A stretch of DNA of 46,561 nt from NCBI GenBank assembly GCA_036476895.1, contig JAZGCJ010000261.1, positions 1 through 46,561 on the forward strand. The letters run 5' to 3'. A program made the position numbers and the translations under genes. Of the stretch, positions 1-10,148 are shown piece after piece. The DNA is from Thermodesulfobacteriota bacterium. Lineage in GTDB: Bacteria; Desulfobacterota_D; UBA1144; Nemesobacterales; JAZGCJ01. The notes under the pieces are model-generated. The model did not search any database, was not told where the DNA came from, and was given only the letters and a program-made list of their open reading frames with translations. Positions within the stretch are counted from its first letter, which is position 1, and each line of letters starts with the position of its first letter.

Positions 1-283
1 CCGAATCTTCCACATTCAGATAATTTAGATTCACACCGGCTTCAAGATTTTGTAACAACCCATATGTAAAGCGTAAGCCACCACCGTATCTAACGCTGTT
101 ATCAGCATCATCCACAACTTCAAGACCAAAAAATGGTTCAATTTCAAATCGATTAACAGGCACAGTGTCAGCACTCGGAACAATAACTTTAGAATTAGAA
201 ATCCCTCCCACGGCTAAAACTTCATAAACGATAAGAATATTCGTAATTATCAGTGTAATAAAAAGCAGGAAAATATATCTCAT
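1..283 (-). CDS. Secreted, probable outer-membrane beta-barrel protein (5' part only; runs off the window start)
   Basis: Not in the ORF track. ATG at 283 with GGGAGAG RBS upstream; reads MRYIFLLFITLIITNILIVYEVLA-VGGISNSKVIVPSADTVPVNRFEIEPFFG...YGGGLRFTYGLLQNLEAGVNLNYLN, open to the edge. Signal peptide plus alternating beta-strand pattern. Confidence 0.7.
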   Translation of the reverse strand, partial: MRYIFLLFITLIITNILIVYEVLAVGGISNSKVIVPSADTVPVNRFEIEPFFGLEVVDDADNSVRYGGGLRFTYGLLQNLEAGVNLNYLNVEDS

Positions 284-453
284 AATTATTAAACTCTCCC
301 GATACAAGATGATTTGATTTAATAAAGTATTAAATTTAGGTAAGACTAAATAATATTTTAATTAAATGTAATTAATATTTTTATTTTTGTCAAAATATAA
401 TCAATCCAAAAATATCAGTTAAAATTTATGACAAAATATTTAGATTAAATCAT

Positions 454-1284
454 ATGCTTACGATATCAGTTTATTACTTATTTAGCTTTCTCCAGCTATT
501 TCAAGCTGTAGACACACTAGACTCATCAAAAATAAATGTATTAAAGAATAAGACATCGACAGTTCTGGAAGAAAGCGGAAATGCTCCGATCTTGGATTAT
601 GTACTAATTAAAAGCTTTCCGCATGATACATCTGCATTTACCCAGGGACTTGTTTATCATGAGGGATACTTATATGAAGGTACAGGTCTGCGTGGAAAAT
701 CCAGTATAAGAAAAGTTAATTCAAAAACCGGGAATATTGAAAAATCATTCAAACTGCCAAAAAAGTATTTCGGTGAAGGTATAACAATATTAAAAGATAA
801 GATCTATCAGTTAACTTGGAAATCAAACATCGGATTTGTCTATGACTTGAAAAGTTTTGATTTGATAAACAAATTTTACTACCCGTTCGAAGGTTGGGGA
901 ATTACAACCGACGGGAAAGAATTAATATTAAGTGATGGCAGTTCAAGCCTGTATTTTATGGATCCCGAGACATTTGGAATAAGGAAGAAACTCCAGGTTT
1001 TTGATAGGAAAACACCGATCAAAAGAATAAACGAACTTGAATTTATAGATGGTAATATTTATGCAAATGTCTGGATAACAAACAAGATCGCAGTTATTTC
1101 CCCCCAGTCCGGTAAAGTCTTGTACTGGATTGATTTAAGAGGTTTGCTGAAAAAAGAGTCAAATACCCAAAGAGTGGATGTAATGAACGGCATAGCATAT
1201 GATAATGTTTCAAAGAGAATATTTGTAACTGGCAAGCTGTGGCCTAAAATCTTCGAGATAAAAATAAATTCTGAAGTTAATTAA
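454..1284 (+). CDS. Glutaminyl-peptide cyclotransferase (type I, beta-propeller glutaminyl cyclase)
   Basis: Motifs FPHD..AFTQGL, YEGTGL.GKS, FGEGIT, QLTW, EGWGIT, NELE, ANVW, VMNGIAYD, TGKLWP; hydrophobic N-terminus. Confidence 0.93.
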   Translation: MLTISVYYLFSFLQLFQAVDTLDSSKINVLKNKTSTVLEESGNAPILDYVLIKSFPHDTSAFTQGLVYHEGYLYEGTGLRGKSSIRKVNSKTGNIEKSFKLPKKYFGEGITILKDKIYQLTWKSNIGFVYDLKSFDLINKFYYPFEGWGITTDGKELILSDGSSSLYFMDPETFGIRKKLQVFDRKTPIKRINELEFIDGNIYANVWITNKIAVISPQSGKVLYWIDLRGLLKKESNTQRVDVMNGIAYDNVSKRIFVTGKLWPKIFEIKINSEVN

Positions 1285-1301
1285 TAACTATCAATTTTAT
1301 T

Positions 1302-2132
1302 TCAGCTCAAAACATCTAGTTTCGGCTGCTTATCAATAAGGTTCTTTTCACATCCCCTTGCAAACAGATGTTGAAGTGCTGATAATCCCGTTTTACCCAA
1401 ATCTCGTGTAATTTCATTTACGTACATTAATACGAATTTTTCCCCAACTTTTTCATCCATACCCCTTCCGTATCTTAGTGCATACTGCAGTGCCTCTGCC
1501 TTATTATTAAGTCCATATTCAATACTCTTCTTATGAACCCTGTAAATCTCATTTTGAAGTTCCTCGTCTATATCTCTCCTAACCACATTCAAACCAAGGG
1601 GTAGCGGTAGGGATGTTTCTTTGGACCACAGTTCACCTAAATCAAACAAGATTTCAAACCCATATTCCTTATATGTTAACTGTCCTTCATGTATCACTAA
1701 ACCTGCATCGACCTCTCCAGAACTAACTGCCAACATAATATCATCAAATGGAAATTCTACTGGAATAAAATTATCAGAGTATATAGACAATAATAGGTAT
1801 GCCGTTGTTAATTTCCCCGGTATAGCAACTTTTTTCCCCGATAGATCATTAATCTTATTTTTGGAAACCACTATGGGCCCGTATCCATATCCCATACTTG
1901 CACCGCAACCGAGAATTCTATAGTAATCCTGAACCTGTAAATAACCATTGGCCGAAATTGCAGTTACCTCCAGTTCCTTATTCAACGCCCTCTTGTTTAG
2001 TGCCTGTATCTCCTCTATTACATGTACAAAATCGATACTGTCAGAACTGACTTGTCCGCTTGCTATTCCGTAAAACATAAATGCATCGTCTGCATCTGGA
2101 CTGTGACCCAACTTCATTTCTACTTTGCTCAA
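1302..2132 (-). CDS. mqnD: 1,4-dihydroxy-6-naphthoate synthase (futalosine menaquinone pathway)
   Basis: HSPDADDAFMFY, GYGP, PGKLTTA, IHEGQLTY, LPLPLG motifs; adjacent to mqnA. Confidence 0.92.
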   Translation of the reverse strand: MSKVEMKLGHSPDADDAFMFYGIASGQVSSDSIDFVHVIEEIQALNKRALNKELEVTAISANGYLQVQDYYRILGCGASMGYGYGPIVVSKNKINDLSGKKVAIPGKLTTAYLLLSIYSDNFIPVEFPFDDIMLAVSSGEVDAGLVIHEGQLTYKEYGFEILFDLGELWSKETSLPLPLGLNVVRRDIDEELQNEIYRVHKKSIEYGLNNKAEALQYALRYGRGMDEKVGEKFVLMYVNEITRDLGKTGLSALQHLFARGCEKNLIDKQPKLDVLS

Positions 2133-2155
2133 TTTTAAATCTCCTCAATATAAAT

Positions 2156-2956
2156 TTAGGAATATACTTCTATATGAGATATTGATTTTGAAATATTCAA
2201 TTTATCCAAAAGCCGGCTATACTCGATTATCCCCTTAAACTCCTCTTCCCCTAAATCGTAACCTATTCTACTCGATATATATTTTAAGCAAACTTCCTTC
2301 GGTATATTTATTATCCTTGATTGTTGCTCGGCTATTTGATCCGCCATCCTAATCCCAATTGATTTAGACCGCTTTAATATATCAATACCCTCACCTAAAT
2401 CAACGCCTCTATTCACTGCAAAAACCGCATACACAAAAGGCAAGCCGGTCTTTTCATTCCAGATTTCCCCTAAGTCAAAAATCTTGTATTCATTTGTATT
2501 TCCATATTTATATTTAAGACCTAGATCTCCTATAATCATTCCGGCATCAACGCCATCAAAAAATTCCACGCTCGGCTCCTTTTTGATATAATTTGGGGTT
2601 TTACCGTAAAAAATTTCAAATATTATCCTTAGCATGTTTGTTGAGCTTTGTGATCTCATATCCACAGCAACGGTGTTTACACTTGAAATGTCTTTTCTCG
2701 ATACAAGAACAACACTGTCTACAGTGCCCTTAGATGATATGGAAATATTTGGCACTACTGAGTAGTTTCCAACCTTTAAAAGCTCTGCAACCGGTATAAG
2801 ACCCAAATCGATTTCCCTATTAAATAGCAATTTTGATAGGCTGGAGGGAGGTGAATAAGTAATATTGAAATTATGATCAATTAAATTTTCTTCCAGCGCA
2901 TAAACAAGCGGTTTTGAATTTAAAAATGGTACTGTGCCCAGATTAATCAACAACAA
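2156..2956 (-). CDS. mqnA: Chorismate dehydratase (futalosine pathway)
   Basis: V.FLNSKPL, G.V.SV, S.SS, IIGD, DLGE.W...TGLPFVYAVF motifs; TTG start. Confidence 0.9.
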   Translation of the reverse strand: MLLINLGTVPFLNSKPLVYALEENLIDHNFNITYSPPSSLSKLLFNREIDLGLIPVAELLKVGNYSVVPNISISSKGTVDSVVLVSRKDISSVNTVAVDMRSQSSTNMLRIIFEIFYGKTPNYIKKEPSVEFFDGVDAGMIIGDLGLKYKYGNTNEYKIFDLGEIWNEKTGLPFVYAVFAVNRGVDLGEGIDILKRSKSIGIRMADQIAEQQSRIINIPKEVCLKYISSRIGYDLGEEEFKGIIEYSRLLDKLNISKSISHIEVYS

Positions 2957-3002
2957 TCTCCCAAGTCAATATAAATAATTAGTTTGTTTTTAATATAAAG
3001 TT

Positions 3003-4052
3003 TTAGGTTTTGCTAAGCGTTCCTTCCCATCTTTTAGGTAAAAATATATCTTCGTACATTGATATTGCATAAAAATCTGTCATACCCGCTATAAAATCAC
3101 ATACCTGACGCTCAACGGAATCATAATCAATGGCTGTTTTTCCGCAGTATTTTTTAAGTTTCTGCGGATTTTCGCAAAAATAATAATAAATATCACGAAT
3201 TACCTTCTGAGCCTTTATAAAATTGTTCCTAACTCTTTCATCCATATAAACCGTATCAAATAAATAACGTCTCAATTCCAGCATAGCCTCTTCAATCTCA
3301 TTGCTGATCACGATCCTATTTGTGTTTAAATTCATAGTTTCAAAAATAATATCACTCACCATCCGATTAATCCGTGCGGACCCAGTTTTCCCCAAGACTC
3401 TTATACACTGTTTCGGAACATCATTGATTGATATAATCTTAGATCTTACGGCATCGTCTAAATCGTGGTTTGCATAAGCAACCAAATCGGACACTCTAAC
3501 AACTTGCCCCTCCATGGTATCGGGTCTGTATTTAGGGTTGTCGATTGACCCCATTCCCTTTGAGTGTTTTGATATTCCATCTCTAACTTCGTAGGTAAGA
3601 TTCAGACCTTTGCCTTCCTTTGCAAGAACATCAACAACCCTTAAACTGTGTATAACATGCTTAAACCCCCCAGGGAATATCTCGTTTAACACATCTTCAC
3701 CTGCGTGTCCGAATGGTGTATGGCCAAGATCATGGCCCAGGGCGATAGCCTCTGTTAAATCTTCATTTAATCTGAGAGATTTCGAAATTGTCCTTGCAAT
3801 TTGAGATACCTCAATCACGTGGGTCAACCTAGTTCTGTAGTGATCATCTGTGGGTGCTAAAAAAACCTGTGTCTTATGCTTCATTCTCCTAAAAGCCTTG
3901 GAATGGATTATTCTATCCCTGTCACGCTGGAAAGGAGTTCTAATGTCACACTCCTTCTCAGGTCTCAGTCTCCCCTTTGTTTTAGAACTAAGAGTTGCAA
4001 ATGGGGAAAGTACCTTCTGTTCGATCTCTTGCAGCTGCTCTCTGATATTCAA
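3003..4052 (-). CDS. dgt: Deoxyguanosinetriphosphate triphosphohydrolase (HD-domain dGTPase)
   Basis: FQRDRDRIIHSKAFRRMKHKTQVF, YRTRLTH, HDLGHTPFGHAGE, DFIAGMTD. Confidence 0.95.
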   Translation of the reverse strand: MNIREQLQEIEQKVLSPFATLSSKTKGRLRPEKECDIRTPFQRDRDRIIHSKAFRRMKHKTQVFLAPTDDHYRTRLTHVIEVSQIARTISKSLRLNEDLTEAIALGHDLGHTPFGHAGEDVLNEIFPGGFKHVIHSLRVVDVLAKEGKGLNLTYEVRDGISKHSKGMGSIDNPKYRPDTMEGQVVRVSDLVAYANHDLDDAVRSKIISINDVPKQCIRVLGKTGSARINRMVSDIIFETMNLNTNRIVISNEIEEAMLELRRYLFDTVYMDERVRNNFIKAQKVIRDIYYYFCENPQKLKKYCGKTAIDYDSVERQVCDFIAGMTDFYAISMYEDIFLPKRWEGTLSKT

Positions 4053-4072
4053 ACTTTACTCCTATTAAACAA

Positions 4073-4831
4073 CTATATCCTTACATTAATACCCTTTTCT
4101 CTAAGATAACTTTTAGCCTCACTTATCGTATATTCTCCATAATGGAAAATTGATGCGGCAAGAACTGCACTTGCCTTTCCCTCATTTAAACCTTCACTTA
4201 AATGATGTAGATTGCCTACTCCCCCCGATGCAATTACCGGGATATCCACCGATTCAGAGACTGCTCTGGTTAGTTTAAGATCGTATCCATCTTTGGTTCC
4301 GTCTCTATCCATGCTGGTCAGCAAAATTTCACCCGAACCAAAATCTCTCATCTTCTTAGACCATGAAACAGCGTCTATTCCGGTAGGATTTCTTCCCCCG
4401 TGTGTATAAACTTCCCACCTGTTTTCAGAAACTGCCTTTGCATCAATGGCAACCACTATACACTGGCTACCAAACCTAGCTGAAGCCTCTTTTACAAAAT
4501 CTGGATTTTTAACTGCAGCTGTATTAATAGATACTTTGTCGGCACCTGCCAATAATAAATTTCTAACATCTTCCAATGTCCTAACACCGCCTCCAACCGT
4601 TAGGGGAACAAAGACCTTGGCAGCTGTTCTTTCCACTACATCAATCATTGTACGTCTTTCCTCATGTGATGCCGTAATATCCAGAAAAGTGATCTCGTCG
4701 GCGCCTTCATCGCTATACCTTTCAGCAACTTTTACCGGGTCACCTGCGTCCCTTAAGTTCAGAAAATTAACACCCTTAACCACCCTTCCACTCTTTACAT
4801 CCAAACAGGGTATTATCCTTTTTGATAACAT
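4073..4831 (-). CDS. hisF: Imidazole glycerol phosphate synthase cyclase subunit
   Basis: [42 protein letters not shown]. Confidence 0.98.
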   Translation of the reverse strand: MLSKRIIPCLDVKSGRVVKGVNFLNLRDAGDPVKVAERYSDEGADEITFLDITASHEERRTMIDVVERTAAKVFVPLTVGGGVRTLEDVRNLLLAGADKVSINTAAVKNPDFVKEASARFGSQCIVVAIDAKAVSENRWEVYTHGGRNPTGIDAVSWSKKMRDFGSGEILLTSMDRDGTKDGYDLKLTRAVSESVDIPVIASGGVGNLHHLSEGLNEGKASAVLAASIFHYGEYTISEAKSYLREKGINVRI

Positions 4832-5553
4832 CAGGAAAACCTCTCTATAGCTTCTTTTAAATCTATTGACCCGGTATAGATTGATCTTCCTAATATAGCA
4901 CCTTCCAAAACATTGGAATTAAGAGAAGCAAGTTTTTCCAAGTCTTCCATTTTTGCAATCCCCCCCGAGGCAATCACAGGCATGGGAGAAATGGAAAGGA
5001 AGCTGTTAATTTCCGCTATGTTTATCCCCTCGAGAGTTCCATCACGGTCAATGTTAGTATTTAATATTTTTGATACACCCTTTGATTGAAATTCTTCCAA
5101 AACATGCTGCGTATCGAGATCAACGACATCTCTCCACCCTCTAATCGCTATCTTGCCTTCCTTGATATCTATACCCACTGCAATCCTGCCGGGAAAATCA
5201 TTGCACAAAATCTCTAATAAACCGGGATCTAAAAATGCCGCTGTCCCCAATATTATTATGGATGCTCCCGCATCAAGATATACCTTTGCACTGTTGTGCG
5301 TTCTTATACCCCCACCTATCTGAACATCGCAGTTAACAGAGCTTATAATTCTCATTATAATCTCAAAGTTTTTAGGATTCCCTTCAAACGCTCCATCCAA
5401 ATCAACAACATGAATAAGTGATGCTCCAAGCGATTCCCATTTCTTTGCAACTTCCTGGGGATTTTCCGAGAAAATGGTTTCAGTTCCTACTTTTCCCCTC
5501 AATAGCCTTACACACTTGCCATCCTTAATATCAATAGCCGGAACAATATTCAT
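4831..5553 (-). CDS. hisA: ProFAR isomerase
   Basis: [42 protein letters not shown]; overlaps hisF by 1 bp. Confidence 0.97.
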   Translation of the reverse strand: MNIVPAIDIKDGKCVRLLRGKVGTETIFSENPQEVAKKWESLGASLIHVVDLDGAFEGNPKNFEIIMRIISSVNCDVQIGGGIRTHNSAKVYLDAGASIIILGTAAFLDPGLLEILCNDFPGRIAVGIDIKEGKIAIRGWRDVVDLDTQHVLEEFQSKGVSKILNTNIDRDGTLEGINIAEINSFLSISPMPVIASGGIAKMEDLEKLASLNSNVLEGAILGRSIYTGSIDLKEAIERFS

Positions 5554-6188
5554 TTGTACTCCATTAAATAATTGTAAAGCCTGTCTGATACTATAAGTGC
5601 ACCTTCGTTAGCCAATTGATCAACCTTGATCCACTTGCCTTTCCTTTTAAAAAATTTGGAAACTTCGAATAAATTATTAAAAAGGGGCTTTTGTGTTTCC
5701 GTATAATAAGTTTCCCAAAGTAAAACACGATTATTAGTATTAATCAGTTCTGAGCTAAATGCTACAGAAGCCGGAGACTCAACACCAAAATCTGAACCCT
5801 TTCTCTCTCTATATACCGAGATATTACCAATCAACACTGCATCAACTCCAAGGCGACTACCAAGTTTAAATACCAACTCTCTATACGATAGATCTGGAAA
5901 ATCTTCAACAATGGAATTAAAATCCTGTAGGGATTCGTTAAAATCATAAAATTCGAAAGAACTGAGTCTATTAAATATCGATTCATAAATCAACTTTGGG
6001 ATTGCTATCTGCTGAGTAGCGAGTTTGGATTTCTCTTCGGTAGGAAACACAAACGTCTTGTGCTCAAATGGCAAAATAGCTATTTTTTTTAAGTTTTTAT
6101 CTAAATCACTGCCAAGGGACCCACCATCTGTTGCAGATACAATCAGTATTAAACAAATTATGTATAATATTACAACCTTAATTTTCAT
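5550..6188 (-). CDS. Exported protein, CsgG/TolB_N/LpoB-like fold, function unknown
   Basis: Start moved to ATG 6188 (MKIKVVILYIICL... signal-like). IAILPF and LGVDAVLIG motifs; 4-bp overlap with hisA. Confidence 0.6.
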   Translation of the reverse strand: MKIKVVILYIICLILIVSATDGGSLGSDLDKNLKKIAILPFEHKTFVFPTEEKSKLATQQIAIPKLIYESIFNRLSSFEFYDFNESLQDFNSIVEDFPDLSYRELVFKLGSRLGVDAVLIGNISVYRERKGSDFGVESPASVAFSSELINTNNRVLLWETYYTETQKPLFNNLFEVSKFFKRKGKWIKVDQLANEGALIVSDRLYNYLMEYK

Positions 6189-6272
6189 CTGAAATAAATA
6201 TACAGAATTATTAACATTGCAAAAGACATTAATAGCCTTGAAGTTATATAGCTTTCGTTTAATAATAATTCT

Positions 6273-6677
6273 ATGCATTACTGGCTAGTTAAATCCGAAC
6301 CCTTTAAATACTCTTGGCAAGATTTTTTAAACGACGGCTGGACATACTGGGATGGTGTGAGAAACTATCAGGCAAGAAACAATCTTATAAACATGAAAAA
6401 AGGTGATTTAGTCCTTTTTTATCATAGCAATGAAGGGCTGGAAGTAGTGGGAATCTCTAAAGTTATTAGGGAGAACTATCAAGATCCCACAACCAGTGAT
6501 GAGAGATGGGTAGCAGTTGATATGGAACCTGTAGAAACTTTTAAAAAACCCGTTGCCCTAGCTGAAATCAAGAAAGAAAGTAAACTGAACGATATAGCCC
6601 TTATTAAACAAAGCAGATTGTCTGTTATGCTCATTACCAAAAAAGAATTTGATACAATAATAGACAAGTCGGGATAA
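6273..6677 (+). CDS. EVE domain protein
   Basis: YWLVKSEP, WDGVRNYQARN, GDLVLFYHS, SRLSV. Confidence 0.95.
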   Translation: MHYWLVKSEPFKYSWQDFLNDGWTYWDGVRNYQARNNLINMKKGDLVLFYHSNEGLEVVGISKVIRENYQDPTTSDERWVAVDMEPVETFKKPVALAEIKKESKLNDIALIKQSRLSVMLITKKEFDTIIDKSG

Positions 6678-6777
6678 TTCTTTTTTCAGAATAAATAATA
6701 TATTCGTTTTCAAGTGTTTATAATAAATATAACTTATGCCATTTTCCTATATATCAAATTTTTTAATAAACCTACTG

Positions 6778-7434
6778 ATGGTCAACAAAGATAAATTCGA
6801 AGATGATGAAAGTCTGAAAAAAAAAAGAATGGAGATGGTTGAGAATCAGATAATCTCCCGGGGTATTAATAACTCTAAAATAATCACGGCTATGTTAAAC
6901 GTCCCCAGACATTTATTTGCTCCTGAGGAATATATAAGTGTCTCATATGATGACCATCCAATCCAGATTCAAGAGGGACAAACTATTTCTCAACCCTACA
7001 TAGTTGCCTTAATGACTGATCTACTAGATATTAAAGGAGGGGGAAAAGTGTTGGAGATTGGTACAGGCTCCGGTTACCAAACCGCAATACTGGTTGATAT
7101 GGGGTGTGAAGTTTATACAATTGAAATTCTTAAAGACAACTTTACCAGAGTAAAAAAACTCCTAACCGATCTTAATTACAAAAATATTATGTTTAAATGT
7201 GGAGATGGATTCTACGGTTGGGAGGAACATTCTCCATTTGATAGGATTATTGTCACTGCATCAGCTAAAAAAATACCCGATCCGCTATTAAACCAGTTAA
7301 ATGTAGACGGACTAATGGTAATTCCGATAGGAACCGAAGACCAAGTACTTACAGTAATTTATAAAGGCAAAGAAAAAACAAGAAAACAAGTTATCCCTGT
7401 AAAATTCGTTCAGATGACTGGTGCCATTCAGTAA
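6778..7434 (+). CDS. pcm: Protein-L-isoaspartate(D-aspartate) O-methyltransferase
   Basis: VPRHLF, GQTISQPYIVA, VLEIGTGSGYQTA, GDG..GW...PFDRIIVTA; start probably ATG 6778 rather than 6736. Confidence 0.95.
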   Translation: MVNKDKFEDDESLKKKRMEMVENQIISRGINNSKIITAMLNVPRHLFAPEEYISVSYDDHPIQIQEGQTISQPYIVALMTDLLDIKGGGKVLEIGTGSGYQTAILVDMGCEVYTIEILKDNFTRVKKLLTDLNYKNIMFKCGDGFYGWEEHSPFDRIIVTASAKKIPDPLLNQLNVDGLMVIPIGTEDQVLTVIYKGKEKTRKQVIPVKFVQMTGAIQ

Positions 7435-7449
7435 TACGAATAATAAAGC

Positions 7450-8448
7450 TTATAAATCCAAACTTACTGGGCTTCCCATTTCAATTTGCCTGGAACTCTC
7501 AGTGATAATTCCAGTTGAGGAGTTTTCAGTCACATCTAATACAACCATTTTGCCTATTAATATTCCAGGCAGCTTAACTTCCTTACCAGAATCCGGATCC
7601 TTAATCCTTCTACCATGAGTATAAATAGAAAATGTGTTACCTGCTACCACTGAGTGTTCGCTTCCGCGATCTATATAAACTATACTGCCTTGGGAACCGA
7701 ATTGTACCGGATTTTTCGTATCAATAACGTAACCGTAAGTCTCTCGCTGACCCTTCTTTATAGAAACCTCTTTAACAAAAGGTCTATGGGGTCTGATTTT
7801 TGCACCGCGCGTTATTTCTCTAAAAGATTGAGTTACAATTGCCGATGATTTTCTCTTACCCAGGATATGACGGATTTCTAACTCACCCAATATTGCTACT
7901 TTATAGCCAACCCTGGTACCCCTTATCGGATGGAGCACCTGTTTTGATGTACGAAAAACAGTGAATTTATCCCCAGGTTTTACACCATGATGTGTACCCA
8001 GGTTAGTGAATACCTTGTCGCCATCATAAAGAATGATCTTTGGTGTTTCAGAAGTCAGAATTACCCCCATATGTTCCCATTCATCGGGTGAAATAAACCC
8101 TTCACTTCCGCCAGGCGAATAGTAATATATTGGTCTGGGTGGCATAACATCTACAATCTCCTGAACCTTCGTTTCCGGATTGATTTTTACAACAGGCAGA
8201 TCCGGTTGGCTGGGCATTAATGCTATTACGTTACCGGGATAGATTCTGTTTGGATTGTCTATATACGGATTTAACTCCCATAACCTTGGCCAAAGAAGCG
8301 GATTTCCAAAGAATCTATTTGATATGCTCGATAAAGTGTCTCCGCTTTTAACAACATATATAGATTCTCCACCCTTTGGTGAACTACCCCCCTGAGCAAA
8401 TGCAAACGTAGTTACTAGGAAAAAAATTATTAATAATCTAAAGTGCAT
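7450..8448 (-). CDS. LysM peptidoglycan-binding exported protein
   Basis: Signal peptide (..FAFA|Q); YVVKSGDTLSSIS..FFGNP.LWP.LW..NP.I.NPN.IYPG; GAGGAGG RBS. Confidence 0.9.
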   Translation of the reverse strand: MHFRLLIIFFLVTTFAFAQGGSSPKGGESIYVVKSGDTLSSISNRFFGNPLLWPRLWELNPYIDNPNRIYPGNVIALMPSQPDLPVVKINPETKVQEIVDVMPPRPIYYYSPGGSEGFISPDEWEHMGVILTSETPKIILYDGDKVFTNLGTHHGVKPGDKFTVFRTSKQVLHPIRGTRVGYKVAILGELEIRHILGKRKSSAIVTQSFREITRGAKIRPHRPFVKEVSIKKGQRETYGYVIDTKNPVQFGSQGSIVYIDRGSEHSVVAGNTFSIYTHGRRIKDPDSGKEVKLPGILIGKMVVLDVTENSSTGIITESSRQIEMGSPVSLDL

Positions 8449-8643
8449 CCTACCATCCTCCTCGTAAATTCTCGTTAAATTTAAGCAGGTTATAATATAA
8501 TATCAAGTTATTAATCAAATTCTACACCTTTTTATAAAAAAAAAAAGTGTTTTTTTAATCCTAATAACCTTTTATATGAATAAGTTATAGACTATACTTA
8601 ATAAATATTCTAAGGTTCTTCTATTACAAGTTTTGTCGAGTTC

Positions 8644-10131
8644 ATGGAAAATCAGGTACTAATCAACACAACGTTTAATGAAACCAGGGTAGCAGTACTA
8701 GAAAATGAATCCCTTGCCGAATTGTATATTGAAAAAAAATCTCAACCGCTAATAGTAGGCAATATCTATAAAGGTAAAGTTGGTAAAGTCCTCCCGGGTA
8801 TGCAAGCGGCCTTTGTAGATATAGGACTTAATAAATCAGGGTTCATTTCAGCAGAAGACGTCCAAGAAGAATCATATTTCGAATACTTTTTGAACGAAGA
8901 CGAAGAAGAGTTTAAATCAAGCAAAATTGATAAAAACCTCATTCAGGATGTATTAAGAAACGGACAGGAATTATTGGTACAAGTACTAAAAGAACCCTCC
9001 GGGGGTAAGGGTCCCAAACTCTCTTCTTACATAGCAATTCCAGGTAAATATCTCGTTCTCCTCGGCAATGTAGATACGGTAGGAATTTCTAAGAGGATTG
9101 AGAATGAGGAAGATAGAAAAATACTAAGTGAATTTATCAAGGATATAAAACCAAAAGGATTGGGATTCATTGTTAGAACAGCGGCTTTAGAAGTTGAGCA
9201 CAATGAGATAGCCAAGGATTTAGAATATTTGATCAGTTTATGGAATGAAATAAAGCAAAGGGCAGAGGATGATAAATCACCACTGCTCCTCTATGAGGAA
9301 CCAAAGCTATTTATTAGGATTATCAGGGATCTGCTGTCAAAGGATTTAAAAAAAATAATAGTTGACTCAAACGAAACTAAAGAAGAGATGCACAAATACT
9401 ATAAGAGCCAACTTCCAAACCTGATTATAAATATTGAATCTTACAATGATAACAAGCCCCTGTTTTCTAAATTTAGAATTGAAGAAGAAATAAAAAAAAT
9501 CTTCGAGAAAAAATTGTGGCTAAAGTCTGGGGGCCATTTGATAATAGAAGAAGCCGAAGGTCTAACCGTGATCGATGTTAATACCGGCAAGTACCTTAGT
9601 GAAACAGATCATGAAGAAACTATATATAATATAAATAAAGAGGCAGCTTTCGAAATTGTTAGACAGATAAGACTACGGAATCTGGTAGGAATCATAGTAA
9701 TTGATTTCATTGATCTAAAAAATATAGAAAAAAGGGAAGAGATTTATAATGTCTTTACAGGAGAGTTAAAAAAGGATAAAGCTCGTTCTGTCGTTCTTGA
9801 AATATCACCATTTGGTGTTGTACAAATGACAAGGCAAAGGTTGAGAGAAAGCATATTAAAAACAATAAGTGAGCCTTGTGAATATTGTCAGGGTATAGGC
9901 TATATAAAATCTAAAGACACAATAATATACGAAATACTTAGGAATATTCAACGCGAAATTATAAAACCATTTATCAAAGAGATTCAGATATATGCAAATG
10001 AAGAAATTCTCGACCGCTTGAGAGCCCTGGAGAATACTAATCTTGAGAAACTGGTGCAGGATAAGGATATTGACCTTAAATATAAAACTAACGGGAAAAG
10101 AATGGATCAATTCGAGATTAAGATAATATAA
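8644..10131 (+). CDS. rng: Ribonuclease G/E family endoribonuclease
   Basis: GNIYKGKV..VLPGMQAAFVDIG, VIDVNTG, QIRLRNL.GIIVIDFID, CEYC Zn-link; 495 aa without a scaffold region. Confidence 0.93.
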   Translation: MENQVLINTTFNETRVAVLENESLAELYIEKKSQPLIVGNIYKGKVGKVLPGMQAAFVDIGLNKSGFISAEDVQEESYFEYFLNEDEEEFKSSKIDKNLIQDVLRNGQELLVQVLKEPSGGKGPKLSSYIAIPGKYLVLLGNVDTVGISKRIENEEDRKILSEFIKDIKPKGLGFIVRTAALEVEHNEIAKDLEYLISLWNEIKQRAEDDKSPLLLYEEPKLFIRIIRDLLSKDLKKIIVDSNETKEEMHKYYKSQLPNLIINIESYNDNKPLFSKFRIEEEIKKIFEKKLWLKSGGHLIIEEAEGLTVIDVNTGKYLSETDHEETIYNINKEAAFEIVRQIRLRNLVGIIVIDFIDLKNIEKREEIYNVFTGELKKDKARSVVLEISPFGVVQMTRQRLRESILKTISEPCEYCQGIGYIKSKDTIIYEILRNIQREIIKPFIKEIQIYANEEILDRLRALENTNLEKLVQDKDIDLKYKTNGKRMDQFEIKII

Positions 10132-10148
10132 AATGAATGAGGTGAAAA

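Noticed and set aside
3003-6677. dGTPase and EVE protein as anti-phage defence genes
   Set aside because: Both look like the ordinary housekeeping forms in a core-gene context, with no nuclease fusion or defence neighbours.
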